Assembly: GCA_000934665.2 (NCBI GenBank)
Contig: KZ538494.1
Coordinates: 1 to 64,000, forward strand
Direction: 5' to 3'
Origin: Catajapyx aquilonaris
Taxonomy: Eukaryota
DNA length: 64,000 bases
The notes beneath the pieces are model-generated. The model saw nothing but the letters and a program-made list of their open reading frames with translations, searched no databases and was not told the DNA's origin. Position 1 is the stretch's first letter, and each line of letters begins with the position of its first letter. Positions 53,901 through 64,000 of the stretch are shown one piece after another. The translations under genes and the position numbers were made by a program.

Positions 53901-54864
53901 GTGAGATTTCAAGGCTGGGTCGCTAGAAACTGCCAAATGTGCGCATGTGGAGACCCATAAGAGCGTATACAGGCTGGCAAAGTGTCTAACTCCCCGTGTA
54001 TCTCCAGGGAAACGCCGGTGGTCGTAGGAGGGGGTAATCGAGAAGACTGAGGAAAGGTAGATCCTTGGGAGATGAGAGACGGTCGTGAATGCAGCGGCGT
54101 CGGAGGCGTCCATCATTGGCAAAGTGGGGGGCAGGTGGGAGACGATGCGGAGGAGTTTGTCTGTGCCAACCCAGAAGAAGCCTTTTGGAGGTCCTCTCTC
54201 GTCAATTGAGCCGGCTCACGTATCTCAGGTGTGCACGGCGATTAAAAAGACAGAAGAGCCATTTGCGCCACCTACAGCGCGGGGGGGACAAAATTATGCG
54301 GAAGGGACGACATGCAATATTCAAATGCTCCCGGGCCCCTTATTGCACACGTTCGCCTTTCCGCAATCTTTGCTCCGGCCCCGCGCATTATACACTAGCA
54401 CTAGCACTACTATCATTATACGCCTGCCTGCTGCAGCCCCGGCTCGTCTTAAACAACCAAGACTTTACGCTTTTATTCTGTCTGCTTTCCTCCGCTCTAA
54501 GTGCTAATTACGCTCAGACAACGACGACGACAAAATACTCGGCCGCCATCTCCAAAGCGAGGGACACGCCATGTATACGTGAATATTTGATGCCGCATTG
54601 CTAACAGCTACCGCTATTTATTACGGTATTATCGCAAATAACTTTGGCCGCGCTAATTGAAACGGCGCGTAAAAGTTGCATTGCCAATTGGCATGCCCAT
54701 CGTAAAATTCTCCGCAGTTCATCCATATCCACTTTACACGTGATGGTTAATGGGGTTTACACATATTTTCCGCCCACAGACTGGAGTCATATTTCATCCT
54801 GTAAGTCAGGCTTCATTGTGAACAGGCATGCGATGCGGGTTGCTCTGAACAGTCAGGATAATTA

Positions 54865-56192
54865 CACTGGAGAACAAAAATGATTTTTTCCCCTCTCTGT
54901 TGCATGAGATTTTTCAACTGATTCTTAGTTGTCTTTCAACGCTGATTTCAAATCTGAAATCGGTTTTCCTCTACATGCTCTAGTTTTCATGCAATCTGAA
55001 ACTTGTGATTTTTGGGGAAAAAAGGACACCCATTGCTATTTACAAAATTAGGCTTAGAGCAACCATATCAAGCTAGGCTTCATAAAGCAGTTCGTGAATG
55101 CATTAAGTACTGATGGTGAATGTTTTCAAGCATCACAATATGCATTACAGTTTGAAAAAAGTAAAAAATATCGAAAAAGAATGTCCCAATTTTAAAACCT
55201 TATAAGTCGAGAACTTGTTATATATAAATGATTTATGTTTTGAAATGTTAATAAAAGTTTGGGTCTCACCTTAGTTTGTTTCGATATGAGCTTCATTTGT
55301 CGCTCGAGAAATTTAAAAAGACTGTATTCGGTCTCGAGCCAAATCCGCTCAATCTTATCTGGAGTCACCGTTGCGATTCTAACCCGTAGGTGTTGGAAGA
55401 TGACTGGTCTTTACACCACACATTGTTCTTGATGATGCACATGAAAAGTAGCATCATCCAAACAAACCTGCCGTAGAAAAGTTTCACTTGTTCAGTCTCT
55501 CAGTGTGCGAAGTCTTGAATGAGAAGTTTCCCCATTCCTACCCCCCTCCCCCCCACCCCCCAGAAGCCCAGATCTTACCCCGATTTGATTTTTGTGTGGG
55601 GATACGTGTATGGTGAAAAGATCTGGCATCACTAGCACTTACGGGAAAAGATTGCAACGGTAACGCCAGACATGATATGTCTGAGCTGGTTATAGGCACG
55701 TCACCGATTACCATATTTAGGCCTACATATCCTGAGCGACAAATGAAACTAATATCGAAACAAACTAAGGTGAGCCCAAAACGTTAGACATTTTTTGGCA
55801 TTCCAAAACTTAAATCATTAAGATACGCCTACAAGTTTTCGAGTGATAGGATTTAAAAATTGGCACATTCTTTTTCGATATTTTGTGACTTTTTTTTTCA
55901 AACTTTAATGCATATTGTGATGCGCCTACAACTTAGTTGTGAATGAAAAATAATATATCTCTACCAAGACGGTTGTTTAAGTCTAATTCCAAGACTGCAT
56001 GACCATAAATTCCTCAGAGAGATCATGTCATCATGCGACAGGCGTCAAAATATTGCAAAAACCTTTAAAAATTGAATTGTAGAAAATATGCAGCTTACAG
56101 AGAAAAACTAAAATCATATTTGAATTCAGCACACTCAAATTAGGTAAGAACAAGTGCTGGTATCAATGCAACCAAAAATTTGTTCCCTAGTG
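54865..56192. mobile_element. Non-autonomous palindromic DNA element with CACT...AGTG termini and mirrored Tc1/mariner transposase 3' fragments
   Basis: Termini CACTGGAGAACAAA and rc CACTAGGGAACAAA; shared subterminal GCTGA(T/A)TTCAAAT; strong inner inverted repeat 55130-55306 vs 55733-55923; PPRSPDLTP..WGYV relic at ~55556-55610. Confidence 0.8.
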
Positions 56193-59100
56193 TAATAAAT
56201 CCGCATTGAAGTCTAAACAATGCGGCTCTAACCGATCTAAAAACTTTCAATTTGCACAGAAAATATAATAAACACGCAAATGCATCAGGTTTGTTTCATG
56301 CAGGCTACACTTCGTTATTAGAGCAATAAATTATGAATGGGACAAAATGCATCGCGACGAGACCATGGCATTAGGGTTTTGTTTGAAAACGTTGATCAGG
56401 CACGGGAAGTATTCGGGGATCCGCCAATTCTGTGCATAGAGACCTACCTAGGCACATTCACACTACGCAGGATCGAGTCATAAAGCTGATTCCAAATATT
56501 TCATGAACATTCCTTTCGACCCTTTATACCCCCACGTAATTTATGGCCAGCACCGTGCATATACCCAGACATTTCGCCTCATTTCCGGATACCATATCAT
56601 GTGCTAATTTGTAATTAATGTGGATTCTAAAGCAAATAGAGAGCCATGGAAAACTACAGAACCGAGGTTCATTCCCAAGCTCCGTTTCCGGCAGTCCAAA
56701 CCCCCCGCCAATAGCGACTACCAGCAAATTAGGGTAGGACTCTGCATATACGAGGCTATCAGTTGCAGTATCCTTCTGCCATTGCTAGCAATTTCCATAA
56801 AGGTTTAGTGAGGACTGTAAGGCGAAGGATGAGACCTTCTTGCAGAAAGAGCGTAGGCGGGAGAGGGCCAGGAGAGAGAGGGGGAGAGAGGGAGAGAGAA
56901 GGCCCAGTATCCAGAAAATCAATATGACATCCAAGCCGGTAAAGCCAAGAAAACCAGACCCTTTTATTTTATTTCTCATCCGCAATTGGAAATCCGAACC
57001 GCGTCCTGGAGAAGCCTCTTTTCCCACCTGCCCTCCCAGCAACCAATAATTATTATTCTCTGGAGCCTCTCCACCCACCAGCCTGCATGATTCGTCTCCA
57101 GTCTGGCATCTGCCACCATCAGCACACAACACACGATGACTAGATCAGTCCTCAGCTTGCAAAATATATTTGACCCCAAAACTGCATTCCCACTGTATAA
57201 TAATTACAATGTTGTTAGAGTATGCGCGACCTGCAAATAAATACTGAACGGGTTTGTAGTAGACGTGTGGCGCATGAATAAGAGCATGTTTTGTTTTTTT
57301 TTTGCAACTAGTAAATAACACTTGGCGCCAGTGTGTTTGACAAACGCTGGGGGGATATGGAAATTTTTCTCCAACTGGCAGTGAGTTGCGGAAGGCAATT
57401 CCATGAAAAATGTGACAGGGAGTGACCTGGATTGTAATTTGAGAAGTAAGCTGGTCCGGGCCCGGATAAAAAGTCCAGCAGGGGACTCTTCCTTGGCATT
57501 ACTGCCCCATGAATAATTAGTGGCTAGCGGAGATTTTCTTCTGGCTGCCCCCGCCACTACTCAATGATTCATGTCCCAGAGCTTTCCTGCTGATCCGACC
57601 CTGGTCCTGTTTTCTCCAATGATTCGGAGGTGCGTCCGCCTCCTGTGTATACCGTGGAAGAAGAAGAATTTAAAAAAAGAAGGAAAAAATCAACCGACAA
57701 CAGGTGAGCCACGCTAACCAAACCTTAGATACCGTTCAATCAATAATTTAACATTGGTTCGGTGAGACCGGATATCTCCATCAATATTTAAATGAATGGT
57801 AATGAAAAACATACCTTATTTATAGCAAGTTGCCGTAACATTAAGCTGCATTCAAGCTGATTCTACTCCTACCGTTTAGATATGATTTTGATGGATTGTA
57901 TTTTATTACGTCTTTCAGTCCTTTTTTTTGTACTTTTCCACAATGAATAGATTGAACTGCACTAACCCAACTTTCTGCGAACTCTGCATACACTGAACTG
58001 CTTATCAGAAACTTATTTCGGTATAACGCGAACCCCAAATAGATTTACATAAGCCCAGGTGGATAACCCCCTTCGGATAATCAAATACAATTTCATATAT
58101 GGTAGAACTTCCTCAGTCACGATAACAGCCTGAAAATGATGCCGCACTGCTACAAACATAATTTTTTAACGATTATAATGCATTCTACAATCCTGCTGCA
58201 TTTACTGAAACTGTAACGATCATCGATCCATATTCTTGTAGCAGCAGTTACAATGTGCAAATGTGCTTCCGCAAAGTGATGAACAGCCTTTTGATCGGCA
58301 TCCTTTACGGCAAACTATACAAAACGGGAAGTTACACAATCTTTGCCTTTTTACGCAGTCAAAAAGGCACGAACAATATGCCCCGTCCATTACAACCAAT
58401 CATGCAAATCCCACATTCATTTCTAATTGCAGGTGCCATGACATTTAATCGATGCTGCATTTAGTTCAAGTTCTACGCTTAAATCCCATCAGTCATTTTG
58501 TACCTTTTCATGCCAAGACACAGCCCTAAGTACACGAGTTGAACATGCACTGTGGTGTTTAGAGGTCGGCCAGGTACTACTAAATTTTATACATCTAGGT
58601 GACAATACACTAGGTGTTCCTATTATTAGCACATATGTAGAATGCCACAATCTCACATGGCATTACTTCACACTTGTACTCTGAAGAAGTAGGACATCAG
58701 TCGTACTGACACCCTGAGCCAGGACATAGTCAGAGTGTCAGGACGAGGCCATGAAAAGTGCTTTTTGTGTCGATCCTTCCTTCCTCCTTCGCCAGGGACC
58801 CTCGGGACCCACAGTCCCCGTAACCTCAACTCCCGGGCTGGACCATCATCCATCCATCCCTTGGGTAGTGCTTGGTATGGCAAGCAAGGAGAATGAGGAT
58901 GGGGCCCAAGAACCAGTGGGAGGATGGGGAAGGGGGGGACGAAGAAACCAGGAGAGGCATATTTCAGGCAGCGTCGGTGCATAATGTGGGCGAAATGGCG
59001 CGGGGCCAGCCCCATTCGGGAAAAGGTAACGTAAAGCCCGCTGGATCACGGTGTTCCGGAATAAAAACGGGTCTGCTGCACACCACACCAGTAAGAGAAA

Positions 59101-62100
59101 GGAAGAATAAAAAGAGGTATGAGGAAAAGACACAAAAAAGTGTCGTTGGCCACCACCAGCCCGCCCGCTGCTTTAGATTAAGACTATGTACTAAGCCACA
59201 TCTACTTTTGCTCTGCTCCATTGTGGGAAACACTTTAGCACGTTGCGGAGTTAAGAGCCTTATTGGTCTCCGGATCGTTTGCAAGGTAGGAGGGCCCTCT
59301 TGAAGCAGAGAGAGAATAGGAGGCGTGCAAAAGTTGGCGTCTGTCGTTTGCTTCAACTGAAACAAGCTCGACGTAAATCTGACCTCTTTTTTTTCATACG
59401 GGGTCTGCATTTTATGCTTTTATCTGTCTCCTGAAGAAAGAAACGCTCTATACTGCAAGTTTTACGGAAGCTCTTCTATACCTGAGATGCTTTATTTCAA
59501 GGGGTTATTGGATTCTTAACCGACTTTTCGGCATAACTTTGCCTCGCTGTTCTTGGAGAATGCAGAATACACTCGAATGGCTTGGATGCATATTATGTTC
59601 GGCACAGATTAGTTTTAGTCACATGCACATCATTACAAACTAAATCGTAGGTGAATTCACATGTAGACAGTAAAAAGATTCACCGTGATAAAACGGAAAA
59701 ATTCTGCAGAAGAAGCGTCCAACTACATGATTGTTCATTTTCAGCATTGTGGTCTTATTAAATTTCAAGTGAAATCAGTACAGTCCTCTGTAATTCCCAG
59801 CTAATAACACATTGCTTGTTAAAACGACTGCCGTTACGTGTGACACCAGCGTGAAAAAAACCTCGCAAATAAAACTCCCCAACAACCATAGCCAAGTATT
59901 ACGAGCGGTAAAAAAAAGCGAACCGAAATAGTGCCTAGTGCCCATGAAGTAATGTAGTACTCTTTTTACGCCTGGCAATCAGTGCTCAAGTTTGATGAGT
60001 TTGTTCACTCAATATACCCTCCTGACATCCCCTAAACATGCTGGCCATACGTTACCCCCTTTTGTCCAGAACTCGTGACTCAGACGCGTGTAAAAAGCAA
60101 CACTTTCCAACCCCAACAACAAAGGAAGGAAAAATAACCCGCGGAAAAGAGACGGGGTTAAAAAAAAAAATCACCCTTGGCCAAATAACGCAACGAGCAC
60201 ACATGCGATGCCGTGAGCCTCAACAACCCCTCTAATAACAATCGGTAAAAAGATTCTGATTGGATAGTTACTAACCTGCTACACATGCGCCGTCTGATAC
60301 TTAATACCCACTTAGCTAATTCCAATTAATGACAGGTTTGCTTCCAGGTGGGATTCAGAGGTCGTCTTATCAGATCTGAGCGAGTTACTGTCCCCTCCAA
60401 ACCCAGCCAATGATTTTGTCGACACTATGATATTAACCGGATTGATTCTGCAAGATGTCGGCCATTTAATTCTGGGTTGTGGGGCGCCTAATAGATGCAT
60501 GCTCACTTCCCATATCGTGTGGCGTGGGCCTAGCATTACGGATTGATTTGCAGATATCACGATAGTCAATTACAGGTTGTCGCAATATGTGCCACTGTGG
60601 CCAGCCGCGTGAGTCGATTATTTCTTAGAGCGTTAAAAATCATTCACGTAACACGTTACACAAGCCTAAAGCCTGAGGAACTAGATATCGACAGTGGGAT
60701 TTGGATTAGGCGTGTTGTTCCGGAATAAAAGCGAAGAAAGAAGGGATAAAAGTCGGAAGTAGAGGTCAGCCAGATAACAAAGAAGATAGTACTTCTTCGC
60801 CACAACAGCCTGAGGGAGTTGGAAACCATTCAAGAGCAGAATAGAATTCGGAACGCAGTTGAGGTTACCAAGTTAGCTCCGAGCACAAAGTTCAGCATGT
60901 AAAATTACCACTTGTGTCACTACAATCGAGTAAGTGATTTTGTTCGCATTTACTGTATACGCGGTGTATAAATTACGTCGCTGAGGTGTTCTGCCCAGTA
61001 ATCAAAGAAAATTAAATTAACCTGTCGCCTGTATATGTCCGGAGTATTGCATAGTAATTTTTACCAACTGCGGTACCAAAAAGTTAGTCATCACTTGAAA
61101 TTACCTTGGCTTATAGTTGCAAATTTACGCGGAGCAGTTGCAGTCACTACCTGTTTATAGCATGCAAAATGAGAGGTCCTAATAATTAATGCAGAGATGA
61201 GCTGTTGTTGAACTCACTCAGCTCCATAAACCCCCATAATACGTAAATATTTAACTTGTTTTCCGTCCGCACTTCGCCTGAAAGAGAGATCACGATTGAG
61301 CATTCGACTCTCTGACTAAAGAATTAAAACTAAAGTGCAGCCTCATGATATTTCTTAGGAAGCATTTGAAAGCATATCAATATAAAACAAATCTTTTAAA
61401 AAATGGCAACGACCTACCATATGTGCATTGCAACCGACATATTTAGAACGATCTATTCCTCTCAAAAACGTAAACATTGACAATACCTATCAACGTTTTA
61501 CAGGATTGACTTGATGAACCACCCTGTACGACTCAGTGGAGTGTTTGCACATTGGATGCGAACTATGGAAACAAATATGGAATCCAACTTTCGCATTACT
61601 CAAAGGAAGGAAACGTGGCAGCAAGAGTCGGCATGAAAGATTCTATCGACCTGTCAAAAATGAGGCTTTTCCTTTCACATTTCGTGCTCATAATGGGTTG
61701 ACGGTGGCTGGGGGGATAAAACTTTCTTTGCGTTTCTGGATGGCAATGGTGATGGGTGTGGGAGGGGGAGGGACTGGAATGAGTGAGGGACGAGGGTACA
61801 GTAGGCTGCACACAAAACTTTTTAATAGGGGAAAAGCGTTTCCGAATGTGTCAGGTTCGGAGGTACGGCAAGCAATCTCTCCCGGCGGCTCTGTCCGGCA
61901 AAACAAATCATTGGGACTGTACAAACTGAGTGCAAATGAGACGAGTTCCGCCAACAGGACAATGGATTTGAGAGCGAGAGAGGGACCTGTCCAAACCCAC
62001 CCACTTTGCACTGTGACAACGTCAGTGTCGCAGGCAATCTCTCATCACCCAGGCCTCCAGATAAGAGTGCCGGACCTGGCTGGGAAAAGGCGTCCGGATC

Positions 62101-64000
62101 TCTTTGCCTATAGCATATCCAATACGTGTCGCGGAAGTTCGATTGGGCCATACCGCCAGTGTATCTGTGTCTGCTGCATACCAACAGTCACACATGCGTA
62201 TTGACCCAGCCTGAATGCAGGTCGGAGTACCTGCAGAACCAGCATCCTTTCATTTTGGGGCAGCGCACCAAATGACCTGTGCCACGGTTTAATTCCCAAC
62301 ACAACAGACGGGAAGAAAAATGAGGCAAGGATAGCAGGCGGACGAGGCGCACAAAAAAGATGGAATAAAATAAAAAGAGGGGCGGTGAGAGGCTTTTATG
62401 AGTAAATTGCCACGGCACAATCGGCGCACCGAATTGGGTTCTAAAGTGGCAACGAGGCCGTTTAGCCGCAGCCTTCATCAACAATCCTCGCCCTAATTAC
62501 TCGCAGCTCCTATTAGAAAGCCTTTAAGCCCGCATTCCTCCTTAACTACTTGCCCAACATGTGTCCAGCAGCCCGGCACTTTGGCCGAGCCATCCCAGCG
62601 CCCTAAATCTGCTGCGGCGCCATTGTCCTCGGCACTGCTGGCCAGCGCCAAAAACTGCCTCGTCGCCACAAAAGAAGCTCGGGCCCTGAAATCACCTCTC
62701 GTCCTCCGACACTGCACCAAGCAACCGATCATTACCCCATTCTCACCTGCAATAGTGCAAAGGCCCCCCCAGCATGAGTCAGGCAGCAGACCTGAAGCTC
62801 AAATTAGCCTCCCCTCTCTTGGAGGCTAATTTCAGGTATGCTACAAGATGGCACCAAATCCGAGATCATTCTGCACATACAAAAAATTTCGCCCCCTGAA
62901 CCGCATCAAAATTCGAACAAGGACAATGACAAACATTGGGCCAGCTGTGCTAAGCTTACACTCGGCAACTGCACAAAAATATAATTGTGCAAAATATGGA
63001 GTTTGTTGGGGCTTGGAGTTAGCAAATTTTTTTTGTGGGGGCGGGAGGAGAAGGGGAAAAAAGGTGGGGGAGATGCAAGTCCAGCTGGTGGCCCCAAGTG
63101 AGCCAATTAGTCCATCGGAGCGTAGGAGTTTCCGCGCCATTGGACCACGTGAGCAGCGTGCCAATCGAGCCTAATTTAATGCCTTCCCAGCCGATTGCTC
63201 CTCTAGCTCGAATGGGTGCTTACAAAGTCGCTTCGCAGGCACAATTATTCTGTCTGCAACATCTGTCCCGCCACTCATGTCCCGGGCTCTTCTTTTTCTG
63301 GGGATAGTCCGGACACCCGTTCTCTATATAGTCCGCCAGACTTCACACGATTTACTGCAATTCATTGTTTGTCACGGTCAGAAGAGGTAACCCATGAAAT
63401 CTTTACTCTAGCAGAAAAACGCGCCCAATATAGGGTGGTGTCACAAGTGAGACCTGATGGTTACATCATGTGGCATAATAATTAGCAAGATAATGCGAAG
63501 TAATTATTCCGATGCAACAAATGGGCATCGCTCAAATTGACAATGAGCACTTTAGTGAATGCACGTGACCGGTAATTAAATCAAATGAGGAATGGGCCGT
63601 GACAAATTAATAGAAAACATGAAACAGAGCCTAACATTATGCGTGTATATGCAGGGGCAATTATTGCTGCACATGACATGTTGACGCCATTTACGCACAA
63701 CAAGCGCCACTGTTGTGTCGTTCATTCTACATAAACACGCTGCAACCCGCAGTTGTTTATCAACTGCATTACTGGAAAGCTCTGTGAAATACAAGGGGAA
63801 GTAATCAAGTTGAGTATTACAGTACAAGTATTTTTTCCTCCTCAACTTGCACGAGTAACACGAGCCCCACGGATTCGTTCCCTGAAAGACTACTGTCAAA
63901 CAGTTGCAGCATTAGCTGGGGTAATATTATAAACGGAAACCCTATATTCAGACTGGAAGAGGAAGCCAAACTTGTGCAGAAAATGAAGACCTGCGCGGAT

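Noticed and set aside
61536..62204. 222-aa plus-strand ORF
   Set aside because: GTG start, no recognisable domain, overlapping ORFs in other frames; likely chance in GC-rich intron DNA.
1..64000. CRISPR arrays, operons, rRNA or other prokaryotic systems
   Set aside because: The sequence is a spliced eukaryotic locus; no repeat-spacer array or rRNA-like sequence was seen.

Overview
Eukaryotic (arthropod-like) genomic DNA. Most of the window is a minus-strand, intron-rich Lar gene (type IIa receptor protein tyrosine phosphatase). I traced 23 phase-consistent GT-AG coding exons from 44112 down to the stop at 5192: 5879 nt, about 1959 aa, covering Ig2, Ig3, nine FN3 repeats, TM, PTP-D1 and PTP-D2. 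I did not find the signal peptide or Ig1, which probably lie beyond 64000. The 10.9-kb FN4-FN5 intron is the most unusual part. It holds an intact same-strand LINE ORF1p-like ORF (coiled coil + RRM-type motifs, no ORF2) with a phase-compatible splice acceptor, and a series of frame-preserving 6/12/24/6-nt microexon candidates. Further microexon candidates lie between FN1 and FN2 (24 nt) and in Ig2 (9 nt, non-canonical acceptor). Other content: a tRNA-Ala(TGC) pseudogene, a decayed mariner transposase, a 156-bp retroposon insertion with a 15-bp TSD beside a Lar splice acceptor, a 1.3-kb palindromic chimeric DNA element, microsatellites and one assembly gap.
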